Shown piece by piece: positions 1 through 12,331 of a stretch of DNA of 50,933 nucleotides. Source of the stretch: Oopsacas minuta (lineage: Eukaryota > Animalia > Porifera); assembly GCA_024704765.1 (NCBI GenBank), contig JAKMXF010000048.1, positions 1 through 50,933 of the forward strand, read 5' to 3'. Position 1 is the first letter of the stretch. Each line of letters opens with the position of its first letter. The notes under the pieces were generated by a model. The model did no database searches. It saw only the letters and a program-made list of their open reading frames with translations, and had not been told where the DNA came from. The translations under genes and the position numbers were made by a program.

Positions 1-1802
1 TATTTTAATTTGGTCTTCAGTATATAAATGAATAATAAAGGGGTTATGTCCTAATGACTGAATGTACCCTCTAACATTACTACCCACTATAGCATTCCGA
101 TAGTACTGTTGTAAACTAATCAATTCACTCCAATTATCATTAGAGAACCTCTGTAAACTTGACAAATCAAATTTTTCCTTCCTTAATACAGCAGTGCTTT
201 TAATTTTGTTCAGATTACCGAAACTAAGCGATAATTTCTATTTTCTGTAGACTCGAATTGGTTAGAGAAATATTTACTTACAGATGTGTTTGTTATTTGT
301 GTTGCTACTTTTAACCTAATAGAATTACACAAAATTCTTGCGTAAACAATATTATTATCTAAATATTCATCAGATAAAATACCAGAAACTATGTAATTCA
401 CGATAATACAATCATTCGTGTGACATTCAAGATTATTCTTATTAATAATTAATGTAAAAGTAAAACAATTGCGAAATTTACACTCTGCATTTGCTCTAAA
501 AAAACAGCTGTTCAGTTTTCTACTTTTAGATTTGTTTATTTTGTGGTATTTAAAACAAAGTACAAAATGAAATATTCCTTCCAATTTGGAATTAAATAAG
601 TTAGTCCAATCTTTTGAAGCCATAACACAATCACCCACGATTCTAGTAATATTTTCCTATTCTATAAAGTTAAGTAAAAAGCTACACGTACTTTGTTCCA
701 TAGTGCTGGACTCGTCAATGATTACCTCATTCAAAATATCACCATCATCTAGGGCTGGACAAGTGACACATAACTAACGTTATATTTATCGATGACAACA
801 CTAGTTTCTGAGCGACCAATATCAAGTGCAAGTTTAGATAACATGTTTGGATGTGAATCAACTAACAATGGAATTTTTGAAGAGTTAACCGTGCCTAGTT
901 TTTCTGATAGAGTTGAATGAAATGAAAATATTAGATCCATATTTTCTCGAATGGATAAAGCAAAGTTAAGAAATTCCTCGAGTTGTGCAACTGTGATAGT
1001 GAGATAAGCACTTCCAAACAAATCCAAAATTCGACAGTTGATGTTGCCAACTAATATCCAAGCTTCTAATAAGCAACTATCTCTCTTAACAAGCCTGAAG
1101 TTTCTTAGGTGCTCATATAGAAACTTACTAAATCTTTTGCACTCTTCATAGATTATCCCATTAATGAGCATGAATTCGCCACTAATGCGAGGACATTCTG
1201 AGCCTAAAAATTTCAGTGCGTCTAACCATAGAAGGTTATCACAATCAATGTACGTCCAAAAAGAGGGTATCGGTGACCTCAGTCTGAGGAGGAGGAGAAG
1301 ACAGGGTACTCTTCAAACTATATAGTTCAGGTTGTTCGCAACCAGATGCCAATAAGCCTAAGAATTTGCTATTTGACACTTCCCGCTCCAAGCTATCTCC
1401 ACTAAAATCTGTATCTAATTGACTACTACTAATATTAGTAGGATCTAAGCTATTAACATAAATACTGTCTGAATCTAACCTGGTCCTAACGTGTTCTACA
1501 GCCAACTGGAATATATCAGTACCGGAATCGCTATTCAACTTACTGCTGTTACCTTCCATACTTTGTTTTATATAATCCTGAAAATGATTGCGATTTAGTT
1601 TCCATTTTAAGTAGAGAGGAGCACATGTGTTTGGCTTATTCTTATTGAATATGAGAATGGATAACTTTCCCCATACTGACTTCGCCCTTCGCCTGTCTCC
1701 GTTATCCAAGGCTACCTTAAGTTTATCAAAATCATTGTAACCCAGTTGGGTAATTGCAGTTACAAATTGTTCCAGAGATGTCATGGTTGGAAGTAAGAAC
1801 AC
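1..1802 (-). mobile_element. Decayed NOF-like (Mutator/Foldback-related) transposase, N-terminal part, running off the window edge
   Basis: Manual minus-strand translation of ~1-190 gives RFSNDNWSELISLQQYYRNA..RGYIQSLGHNPFIIHLYTEDQI, which matches the 26044-26331 ORF (RFSNYII..QEYYRN..GYIQYYVKEPFIIHLYMKRQI). ORF pieces 210-638, 749-1171 and 1245-1802 are collinear on the same strand; whether the upstream pieces belong to the element is less certain. Confidence 0.5.
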
Positions 1803-1827
1803 AATCTATGCCAAAAAGAACGACTAA

Positions 1828-1879
1828 TTTTCTGACATATTTGCATATAACTACAGTTATATGCAAATATGTCAGAAAA
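1828..1879. repeat. Perfect palindrome, 25-bp arms with 2-nt loop
   Basis: ttttctgacatatttgcatataact-ac-agttatatgcaaatatgtcagaaaa. Confidence 0.95.
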
Positions 1880-1881
1880 CG

Positions 1882-1926
1882 AGAGTTACTATAGCTCGTA
1901 CCGGTAGGACGAGCTATAGTAACTCT
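1882..1926. repeat. Perfect hairpin, 18-bp arms with 9-nt loop
   Basis: agagttactatagctcgt-accggtagg-acgagctatagtaactct. Confidence 0.95.
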
Positions 1927-2420
1927 GGGATATATCGAAGTTCTGGGTATCCCGGATTCATTTCGTTATAAGCGGAGTAAATCAAATACTTTCAAGTAAT
2001 AAGGAGTAAAGAATCAATTAATGGGAGTTTCGTTAAAACAGATTAGACATAACGGGAGCTTTTGAAAGTAAAATTGAACATTACTCATTTCCAGAACGAC
2101 GGATGTATTCGGTGATAGATACGTGAATTATCTTAGTTTTCAGAGTAAAGCGAATATTTTTCTATTGAAAATGAATTCGACATTGTATTGGAAGAAAATT
2201 GATATATTTGACAAAATATGACATAATAGGAATATTTTGAGTATCGAAAAGTCACATTAGCCCGCTGTCACAATTTATTGAAATATTGAATTTTCCAGAT
2301 AAGAAGCGTATTTGTGATTTCTTAAAGATTCATAACAGTAGTTGAGTACGAGAATTTGAGTGGGGTAAACTCATTTTATAGATTTACAGAACTAATGTTT
2401 AGAATACTACTTATCGTAGT

Positions 2421-2642
2421 CTGGGGCTACTTTGGCTTACTGGGTATGCTTTAGGGTAAATATCAAAGTTTTAAAGAAAGTAGATTAGATTCAATGTTAT
2501 AACTGAAAATGACAGGCCAAATTTTTAACAAATTTTCAAATATCGATAGACAATTTCGAATACAAATACAATATCTATTCGATACGTATGAAAATTTCAA
2601 TATTTGGGCTAAAGCAAACGCAGTGGGCCAAAGTAGCCCCAG
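2421..2642. mobile_element. Possible MITE-like element bounded by a 16-bp inverted repeat
   Basis: ctggggctactttggc (2421-2436) / gccaaagtagccccag (2627-2642); no TSD recognised. Confidence 0.3.
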
Positions 2643-3220
2643 TTCAGGCACTCATAATTGGGAAGGGGCTACAGAGGATATTAATATAATACATAGGAAG
2701 AACCATGGATGTTGAATTTAATGAGAGTTTTGTACTTTGTAGTCTTCGATGGATAATGAACTCAGAATCCCATTAATATCGTATTACCTCGAATATTATC
2801 CGGGGCTATTAGATATTCCAAATTCCCTTGAGAGGGAAGTTTCAATTTTGTAAACACGATAATTTCGATAATCCTATGTACTTGTATTATGTGTAATTAT
2901 CTTAATAAAAATAAATCAAAATAAAGGAGAAATGACGATTCATTTTAAGCAGTCATTCATTCTAGGAGCTTCAGGGGGGCGAATAAATATTCGAGATAAT
3001 ACGCTATCTCATGTCCTGAAATATATTGTACATCGTGCGTATCAGCACAACCCGAGGCACGAACTGCGGATGACAACTAAACAATAACAACTCATTACTG
3101 ATAGTCCAAATCATTGGGAAGGGGCGATAATTTCAATTTCGGGCATAGTCCCCGTAGCCACCATAGCCTCGCCACCCCAAGTAAATAAAGCTTGTTAGTA
3201 ACAAATAGATACTAACTTAC

Positions 3221-3613
3221 CATCATAAACAGTACAATCTCAACAAGATCTAACATTACAGATTTTTCCTGAGCAGATCTAGTTTGTGCTGAGCTATGCA
3301 TCAGAGCTAGTTTCTCATTTGAATAATTCAGAAATTTCTCCACTACAGAATGGAATAAATTCAAATTCTGAGAACAGATAATTCGGAATTAATAGAGGCT
3401 ATCTTTAACAGAGGTAGTCTTCCCGTGATCAACACAAAGCTGACAGAATTTCATTATCACTAAACTCTGTTCATTCACTTTATCTCTGTGACGTTTATTC
3501 CTGAGAACATCGAATAGAACTTCTATAGCATCGTCGTATTTCTCTACTTCAATGAACTCATCTGCACGCTTTATAGCAGATTCAGGTTTACCAGAAAACC
3601 CAGGTTTAGACAT
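3221..3613 (-). pseudogene. EIF3A: eIF3a N-terminal exon fragment with nonsense codon, followed by a splice donor
   Basis: MSKPGFSGKPESAIKRADEFIEVEKYDDAIEVLFDVLRNKRHR..CQLCVDHGK..KDSLY matches the eIF3a N-terminus (RPENALKRANEFLEV..LYDV..K.HR..CVDL.K..KEGLY). TAA at 3389-3391; GTAAGT donor immediately after 3221 on the minus strand. Confidence 0.85.
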
Positions 3614-4066
3614 CTGAACTAAACTCAAGAGAATATTACGAATATAGTACAGTAGTCAAACTTGACATAAATTGATGGCAACCTCTGTTACATAATCGGG
3701 GCGCGTGAGTCAACTTTGTATTTGAAATAGCTTAGCTTTAATGAGGAGCGCTCACTTCTCATTTCATTTTTTGGCCAAGCACTAATGTGCATCTCCCTAA
3801 AGGAGAGGAGCTAATGATATCTGAATTATGTGGAACATCGTATCGAGTTTTAGAATAGCAATTTGACGATAATCGCAAAACTAGAAATCGAGGGATAGTG
3901 CGGGCTTATGGCGTCGTTATAATACGAAGGCATCCTCTATAAGAGGTGAAATACAACAAGGAATAATACATAATATTGGAAGAGTATAGTTTATTCAAAT
4001 GTAAAAAAAAGTTATTCAAAAGGAAACATAAACAAAGGTATGAACACTAGTAAAACAGAAAAATTA

Positions 4067-4927
4067 TTATAAAATATTGAGAATATGTTCACCTCGTGCA
4101 CAAACTACAATAACTCTTCTTCTGTAATCTACTATAACACCGGTAGGAGAACTTATAGATATCTTGTGTATCAAATCAAATTGAGAGTTGAATATAGAAA
4201 TAGAGCCAGAAGAAGCGATAGTACAACGATCTGCAATAAGAATATTGTTAGAATTGTCAATATCGAAGAAGCAGGGATTCATCAGCTGTAATCCATATCC
4301 TCGAGAAAGAATACTCTTATGTAGAATAAGATTATAGTTGTACAGATGAAGACAAGGATTAGATTGATCAAGAATATAAATGAATTCTTTTGTGAGTTTA
4401 ACATCAACAGGTAATCTGAGGTTATCTTGTCCAAATTGTGTCTTGTAGGTAAGTTCCTTGGACAGTATCTGAATACGATGATTACTACAATCACATATGT
4501 ATACCTCTCCGTTAGCCTCATTAAATGTCAGACCACGAGGATAATCAAATTCCAATTCTCTTTTCCCAGGTATCCCTATTCTGGAAATAAACCCTCCATT
4601 CACTTGATAATTCAGAATACAGCCGTTACTTTGTGAAATTAGAATTCTATCTCTACATATAGCTAACCCAGTTGGACCATTCATCTTTCCTTCTCCTTCC
4701 TCATCTCCAAATATAAACATAATCTTACCATGATTGTCAAATACTTTCACACAATTATTCCCACAATCTGCTACATAGATATCTCCTGTAGAATTATCAA
4801 TAGTTACTCCTCTAGGTCCATCAAGATTTTCTAGCCCCCTTCCCATTGTACAAACACTGAGTATAGGTTGTATCTTGCTCTTATAGTCTACAGAGAATAT
4901 TCTCTCTAAAGTATTAGCTGTAGCCAT
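4067..4927 (-). CDS. NHL-repeat six-bladed beta-propeller protein, family A copy 1 (TRIM71/LIN-41-like NHL domain only)
   Basis: Repeated P.G(V/L)..D...G.IY(V/I).D..N.R(I/V)..F pattern; uninterrupted ORF; first ATG (MATANTLERIF) at 4927. Confidence 0.85.
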   Translation of the reverse strand: MATANTLERIFSVDYKSKIQPILSVCTMGRGLENLDGPRGVTIDNSTGDIYVADCGNNCVKVFDNHGKIMFIFGDEEGEGKMNGPTGLAICRDRILISQSNGCILNYQVNGGFISRIGIPGKRELEFDYPRGLTFNEANGEVYICDCSNHRIQILSKELTYKTQFGQDNLRLPVDVKLTKEFIYILDQSNPCLHLYNYNLILHKSILSRGYGLQLMNPCFFDIDNSNNILIADRCTIASSGSISIFNSQFDLIHKISISSPTGVIVDYRRRVIVVCARGEHILNIL

Positions 4928-6543
4928 TAGTTCAGTTCTGTAACTAGAATAATAAAACAATTCAAATAATATAACTTATCTATTTGACTATAAGTAATGA
5001 GCTCTAACTATAAATACAAATCAATACAGAGACCTATACAGAGAGATATCAAATTTCTGCAATTCAAAGAATTTACATGGAATACAGTATATTTCTCTCT
5101 TCTTGTATTAATCTTTGATGTGGTAGTCCTAACTTGTCCCCCCATGCGATACATAGAGCCACTTAAGGTGTGAAATGCGAATTTCTTTGATTCTCATTAA
5201 CGCAGAATACTCTATAAGAATTTCATTGGGATTCCCACGTGGGATTTCTCACATGTGAATCGTTCCTATTTCCCACAAGTTATCCAAAAGATTCCTTCTC
5301 ATTCCTCAGTCAATGCGAGGGACGTCTCCACGGGGGGCATGGTGGCCAAACCCTCCTTGGCAAGATCTCGTGCCCCAGGTCATCCCTTCTCCTCAATGTG
5401 CAAACTGTAGAATTTCGCCTCCCTTTGCTGGCATAACAATTAGAAATGTCAACTCGCCGAAGTATACAAATGTAACTAAAGGTCAATTACTAATATTGGA
5501 AATACAACGAGTAACTAATTCTGTAATCTAGTTACTAATAACTGTAGTAGTTTCTGGAGAGTTAGAAGTTGGGTTCAAGTGATGGGAGGAAGATATATGT
5601 CTGCGGTATGCCTCCCATTCCTGTGGTTTTTCTTCCTTGACCAGGCTGTACTGCACGTCGAGGGAGCGGTTCGACAAAACAACATAGTGCGATGTTACAT
5701 TGAGAGATTACCACCCTTAACTTCGAGAAGTGGGGACTTGGATTGCAACAAGCGTTACATTAGTACTGCCCGTGACTTCATCAAATATATGAACTCGTTC
5801 AAACGAGTACCTTTCAAAACAGCGGTTTCCAAGAGGTTTTTTGTAGAAGGATTGTCCGAATCCACGCTTAGTTGTAGTAGTTTTTCCAAGTCATGTGGAG
5901 CCACACATATACAACACTTGGGATTAGGCAGCATGGCTTTGAGTTTGAATGTATGAATTCTTACCCTTCGGGCTGCTCCCAGATGAGATCAAAAGATGAT
6001 GCTCCGTCGACGAGTCGCTGATATATATATTACGCTTTCTTTGGAGTTTGGACGGCGGGGGAGATCCTCTTGGGATTTGGTAGCTCGTGGGGGATTTCCC
6101 TACTGGCCTTACGACGAGCTCACTTTAGTATAGTCAATGGCTGCATCGATATGATAAGTGAGGCAGGTTCCTGGCACCCAGTCAAAGAGTATCATATCAC
6201 AGCTATAGTCCGAGCAGATGAATTTCTGGAAGTAGAGAACTTATACTACCAGACATACTCTGTCGGATGAATCATACTATTTGGGACAGGGTGTATTTCA
6301 ATAGGCAGAAACTAGCACCAAGCATAAAACTTGATACTAGTTTCTGCCTATTGGAACTATTTAACATCGCACTGCATTGTTTTGGCCAAGTGATCCTATC
6401 AACAGCGTGGCAATTTAGCATAATCTGGACCATTATAACAACGGTGCTATTGGGCTTTGCATACTGTCTCTCATTACTTATAGTCGAATAGATAAGTTAT
6501 ATTATTTGAATTGTTTCATTATTCTAGTTACAGAACTGAACTA

Positions 6544-7395
6544 ATGGCTACAGCTAATACTTTAGAGAGAATATTCTCTGTAGACTATAAGAGCAAGATA
6601 CAACCTATAGTCAGTGTGTGGGAAATGGGAAGGGGGCTAGAAAATCTTGATAACCCAATTGCAGTGACTATTGATAATTCTACAGGAGATATCTATGTAG
6701 CAGATTGTGGGAATAATTGTGTGAAAGTATTTGACAATCATGGTAAGATTATGTTTATATTTGGAGATGAGGAAGGAGAAGGAGAGATGAATAGTCCAAT
6801 TGGGTTAGCTATATGTAGAGATAGAATTCTAATTTCACAGATTAGCCACTGTATTCTGAATTTTCAAGTGAATGGAGAGTTTATCTCTAGAATAGGGAAG
6901 CCTGGGAAAGGAGATATGGAATTCCAATATCCTCGTGGTCTGACATTCAATGAATCTAACGGAGAGATATACATATGTGATTCTAATAATGATCGTATTC
7001 AGATACTGTCCAAGGAACTTACGTACAAGACACAGTTTGGACAAGATTACCTCATATCTCCTCTTGATGTTAAACTTATAAAAGAATACATTTTTATTCT
7101 TGATCAACCTAATCCTTGTCTTCATCAGTACAGCTACAATCTTGTTCTACTTAAGAGTATTATTTCTAGAGGTGGTGGATTACAGCTGAATTATCCATAT
7201 TTCTTCTATATTGACAATTCTGACAATATTCTTATTTCAGATTATTATTCTAACTCTATTTCTACATTCAACTCCCAATTTGAATTGATACACAAGATAC
7301 CTATAGCTTCTCCTTCTGGTATTACAGTAGATACCACAGGAAGAGTTATTGTAGTTTGTGAAGGAGGTAGACAATCTAGTTTCAATATATTTTGA
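6544..7395 (+). CDS. NHL-repeat protein, family A copy 2
   Basis: Uninterrupted paralog of 4067-4927 with the same N-terminus, head-to-head with copy 1. Confidence 0.85.
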   Translation: MATANTLERIFSVDYKSKIQPIVSVWEMGRGLENLDNPIAVTIDNSTGDIYVADCGNNCVKVFDNHGKIMFIFGDEEGEGEMNSPIGLAICRDRILISQISHCILNFQVNGEFISRIGKPGKGDMEFQYPRGLTFNESNGEIYICDSNNDRIQILSKELTYKTQFGQDYLISPLDVKLIKEYIFILDQPNPCLHQYSYNLVLLKSIISRGGGLQLNYPYFFYIDNSDNILISDYYSNSISTFNSQFELIHKIPIASPSGITVDTTGRVIVVCEGGRQSSFNIF

Positions 7396-8261
7396 TAATA
7401 TTTCTATTTTACAGTATATTTACACTTGTTTATGTTTCTTTTTGGAATAACTCATTTGTTAGATTTGTACAAATTATCCTCTTCCCATATTATATATTAT
7501 ATTTCTGGTATGTGATTAACTTCAAATTGCTAATCTATAACTTCGATACGATATTCCCCATAATTCAGATAACCAAAAGCCACGTAAGAGCTCCATTGTT
7601 ACCACAGAGGGCCGTTAAATGGAATTTGGAAAGACCATGGATATTAACAAGTTCACAAAAATGAACCTCGGGGCACTTAGTGCTGAGTATATCCCGTCGC
7701 GTAGATACCCAAAAGCACTGACAAATGGAGTTGTTTCATATATTTGGTACAATATGGGGGAAAGTTCGGGTATACTTCCACGCTAGTATCCAATTATAAC
7801 CCAATAATTGTTCAAATTCTTATCAAATCAGTGTAACCAATTTATAGTAAATACCCGATTCCTATACCCCCGGAATAATATCACTATTTGTATCAATTGT
7901 ATGGTTCTGTTGCTCTATTAAGCGGAGTATATTGTATAATCACACAACTGACAAATGGTACGTATTTTACCACATATTTCTTTGCTTGTAAATCAGATGA
8001 CGTCATCTCGACCTGACATAAGTTTGATCATTTAGCTAGTATTAAATATTCATTATCATTAATGCATCTATTCGAGTCAAAATGTCTAATTATATTTTTT
8101 CGAGATTAATAGAATTGGCTACCAAATACAGAGCATTAACGCTCTTCAGTTGTTGGACCCAGAGTTGGAATCGGGTCCACTTTTCAGAACCCGACCCGAC
8201 ACGAACACGAAGTGTAAATATGTGTAGATATTAACTGAATTTCCTCTAAAATATATGTTTT

Positions 8262-8466
8262 GTTGACATTTTAACTAATACGAGCCTTTTGCTCGTCGCT
8301 TCGCAATGAACTCGACGCATTCCGCCCTCGAGATATCCATTATTCTCCAAATTGACGGCACCTTTGTGTAACATAATATAGAATATAGATAAATTTAGAA
8401 CAATGTAATTCATGAATATACGTATATTGCATGTCTATTATTGAATTACTTTGTAAGATCAAACCT
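8262..8466 (+). repeat. Dispersed repeat (second copy ~18694-18938), probably a non-autonomous TE end
   Basis: Shared tacgagcc..gctcgt.gcttcgc.atgaactcg.cgcatt..gcc.tcgag motif and downstream aacaatgtaattca..aatat.cgtatat block. Confidence 0.6.
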
Positions 8467-9761
8467 CCTTTGTAGACATTGAGAACAAGTATCTACGTAA
8501 AATTTTGAGATTTTGCTAGTTTGTTCACTGTAAATATTTAAACAAAAACAACAAAGCTTAATATTTACACATACGTAATTGTGTACTTGTGTTGAATATA
8601 GTGCATTTGTATTGAATGTATACTTATTTATCACATGATTCATCATTCATTGAAATCTCGTATCTATAATTTTTCTTACCTTTCTACCTTTTATATCTAT
8701 CTTTTGTAACATTATCTATCTTCATTTTCTTTTTCTATAAAACAAAGAAACACTACTTATTCCGCTAAAATTTCGAAGAATATTCCTGGTCTCAATTCCC
8801 AAACATACAAACACCTGGACCCTTACAGTTGACTTTAACAACAATAATGACAGTTCGTAATCTAGCCATCATCTTCTCCCTTATATACTTCACATATCTC
8901 CCACCCCAGACCAATATATAACTAATCAGAACCAAACCTTCATCAGAATCTAGTATAGCATTAAAATCCCCGATCAACCCTACATATAACCTTTTTGCTA
9001 GCTAATCTAAGAAATATCCCGTGGTGATCCCGTCCTATCTTATACATTCCGCCATTTCTACACCTTTTTTGCAACATTATCCATCTTATTGTTTTTTTCT
9101 ATCAAACAAAGAAACATTACTAAACCCGCTAAAGGATACGAAAATTCCAAGAGACAAAATTTACTGAGACGAAAGTGCCGTTTACCATTAATTGTATAGG
9201 AAGTTTATTCGGAGAAGACTTACTTTAGTTAGTATTTGAGAATTTTGTTACCCGAGGCTTATGTTTTATCCTACCATCATAGACATACATTTTCAAGAAA
9301 TATTGAGGGAGTCCCAGACCTTATTGGCCTTTACACCTATACCCACCATAATGGAAGCTGGTTAAGACTCTGTTGCTTCCTAAATACAAACTAATTCCCG
9401 ATTGAAGCTATCGAGGTTATGCACATAGAAAATCTAAAAAACAAAAACAATACAATCTCATTTTTAACGAATAACTAAGGATAAATATTTACAGAATTCA
9501 ATAAATACACTTTTGATAATTCAAATTGTTGGAAGAATACCTAAATTGGAACTGAAACTAACCATAAGACACCTGCACTACATACACTAATTGTGTAATT
9601 GTATAACAGACATAACTCTAACCAAGAAACATTCCCTAACTTTACAGTAATTACTGTAGCAACCATTGATGTACATTGGTATTCTCAAGTTACACAAGTA
9701 TAAGATAGAGTCTGTAATAGTTAAAAATATTATTTATAACAAATTCAAATCTAAACAATAA

Positions 9762-10990
9762 ATGGCAACAAATCAGCCCATAATTGAACCAGTTAATGAA
9801 TTGGCACAATTCGATGATGTCGCGACTCAAATCATGAATAAGTTCGATCTCCTAATTAAGCAGCTGATCGCGAGGAGGGACGCTCTCCTGTGGAAACTCA
9901 AAGATATGAAAGAGGAATATTTATCAAAAGAGAGCACTCGTAAGGCAGCCATGGAGGAACTGGCCAATACTCAACGACACATGGAGGAGCTAAGTCTGAA
10001 AGTTAATGAGAACAAAGATCTCCATCAACAGGCCACTGACCTCTATCAACAGCGCATGAAACAGCTGGATACTCCCACAAAACTCCAGCAGCCCTTCTCT
10101 CCTCTACGATGCTGTCCCAACTACAAACTCAGATCGCTGAGTTCGGAGAGATGAAAAAATGGGAGCTAGACTACTCTCTGAAAAAAGAACCTATCCTAGC
10201 TGTTGGGAAGGTAGGGGAAGGTAACAATGAATTGAATGCTATAGGTCTATCTCTGGATGAACCAAATCAGTTAATTTACATAGCTGATTACTTTAACAGT
10301 CGTATTCAAGATGTGTCTTTTGACGGAAAATTCTTGAAAAGATTTGGAGAAGACATACTCAAAGGACCATGGGGAATAAGTGTGACAGATGATAACGTCT
10401 TCATTACGGACAAAGATCTCCACGCTTTGTTACAGTTCAACAAGAAGGATTACAAACTAGTGAAGAGGACTGGTAACAAAGGAGCAGGAGAAGGAGAGCT
10501 CAACAAACCACAAGGACTCTGTGTTGACTACCATGGAGACGTGTATGTTGCTGATCTTAACAATCACAGAATTTCTATATTCTCTAAAGCTCTTGAATTT
10601 GTTAATTGTTTGGGTACTCAACAGCTACAATACACTCAGGATGTTAAAGTTACTCCCACTAGCATTGTAGTGCTAGATCAAAGTCCTAATTGTGTCCACT
10701 TCTACTCGAGAAGTGGACACCTTATAAACTCCTGTATTACTATTGGGGAGGATGGTGTGGTGCATTATCCCTTCTTCTTTAGTTTGGATGTAGCAGGGAA
10801 TATTCTTATTACTGATTTTAGCCGTCACAATGTCAAGATACTATCTCCATCAGGAGTGCTAATACACACCATAGGGAGGGAAGGACATGGGAGAGGAAGC
10901 TTTCTAAATCCATATGGCATTAGTATTTCAGCATTAGGAACTATTTATGTTATATCTGAAAGTAGTAATTTCTGTTTACAAGCTTTTTAG
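9762..10990 (+). pseudogene. Coiled-coil + NHL (TRIM-like without RING/B-box) gene, one frameshift near 10100
   Basis: 9762-10154 encodes a coiled coil (LIKQLIARRDALL..EELANTQRHMEEL); overlapping 10109-10990 encodes a full NHL propeller. The frameshift may be real or an assembly error. Confidence 0.7.
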
Positions 10991-11470
10991 TTTGTTGTTT
11001 GTGTTATTTATTAGAATATTTACCTTATTGATATTATTCACATATTAAACTTGATAGCGCCCCGTCTCTGGGATTGCCTTACTAATGAGAAGGAATCGTA
11101 TATGAGGAATCCCTCGTGGGAATAGCCCTAGGAATTCGGTGTTAAAGGAAATCAAATGTAAATCCCATTTCAAACCTTAAGTAGCTTTTGTGCATTGCTT
11201 GGCAGGACCAGTTAGGACTGACAGACCGAATATTTGCCTACAGAGCTAATTCGCCCTGAAATATACTTTGACAATTACATATATATGAATATCAGAATAC
11301 AGCAGAATATACTGTATTCTATTGAATGTATTTAATTATATAAATTTGATATCTCTCTGTATAGGTCTCTGTATTGATTTGTATTTATAGTTAGAGCTCA
11401 TTACTTATAGTCAAATAGATAAGTTATATTATTTGAATTGTTTCATTATTCTAGTTACAGAACTGAACTA

Positions 11471-12331
11471 ATGGCTACAGCTAATACTTTAGAGAGAATA
11501 TTCTCTGTAGACTATAAGAGCAAGATACAACCTATAGTCAGTGTTTGTAAAAGGGGAATGAGACTAGGAAATCTTAGAGGAGCTAAAGGAGTAACTGGAG
11601 TGACTATTGATAATTCTACTGGAGATATCTATGTAGCAGATCACTGGAAATGTTGTGTGAAAGTATTCGATTGTAATGGTCAGATTATGTTTATATTTGG
11701 AGATGAGGAAGGAGAAGGAAAGATGTTTTGTCCAATTGGGTTAGCTATATGTAGAGATAGAATCCTAATTTCACAAAGAACCCACTGTATTTTGAATTAT
11801 CAACTGAATGGGAAGTTTATTTCTCGAATAGGGAAACCTGGGAAAGGGGAATTGGAATTTGATCATCCTCGTAGTCTGACATTTGATGAATCTAACGGAG
11901 AGGTATACATATGTGATCCTGGTAATAATCGTATTCAGATACTGTCCAAGGAACTTACCTACAAGACACAGTTTGGACAAGATAACCTCAAATACCCTCT
12001 TGATGTTAAAGTTACAAAAGAATTCATTTATATTCTTGATGCATCTAATCCTGGTCTTCATCTCTACAACTACAATCTTATTCTACATAGGAGTATTATC
12101 TCTAGAGGAGATGGACTACAGCTGATGAATCCCAAATTCTTCTGTATTGACAATTCTAACAATATTCATATTACAGATTATTATTCTAACTCTATTTCTA
12201 GTTTTAACTCTCAATTTGATTTGATAGACAAGATTTCATTAACTTCTCCTGCCGGTATTACAGTAGATAACACAGGAAGAGTTATTGTAGCTTGTAATGG
12301 AGGTCAACATCGTCTCAATATGTTTTGGTAA
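11471..12331 (+). CDS. NHL-repeat protein, family A copy 3
   Basis: Uninterrupted paralog with an in-frame 9-nt duplication (GVT-GVT). Confidence 0.85.
   Translation: MATANTLERIFSVDYKSKIQPIVSVCKRGMRLGNLRGAKGVTGVTIDNSTGDIYVADHWKCCVKVFDCNGQIMFIFGDEEGEGKMFCPIGLAICRDRILISQRTHCILNYQLNGKFISRIGKPGKGELEFDHPRSLTFDESNGEVYICDPGNNRIQILSKELTYKTQFGQDNLKYPLDVKVTKEFIYILDASNPGLHLYNYNLILHRSIISRGDGLQLMNPKFFCIDNSNNIHITDYYSNSISSFNSQFDLIDKISLTSPAGITVDNTGRVIVACNGGQHRLNMFW

Noticed and set aside
4928-4960. TTG-initiated extension MFHYSSYRTEL given in the ORF track (also the TTG/ATA-type starts of other ORFs)
   Set aside because: Eukaryotic context; the first ATG (MATAN) follows an acceptor-like ttctag/ttacag. An upstream spliced exon cannot be excluded.
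5579-5956. 125-aa plus-strand ORF
   Set aside because: No recognisable domain; composition suggests the opposite strand is the degraded coding one.
7031-7044. CACAGTTTGGACAA inside NHL-A genes resembling the TIR start CACAGTGTGGCAA
   Set aside because: Explained by codons for T-Q-F-G-Q; not conserved in copy 1 (CACAATT); no downstream ATGGGGAAATAGG block.
8792-8977. IGDFNAILD motif suggesting a LINE endonuclease remnant
   Set aside because: A single short motif with no other EEP or RT motifs recognised nearby.
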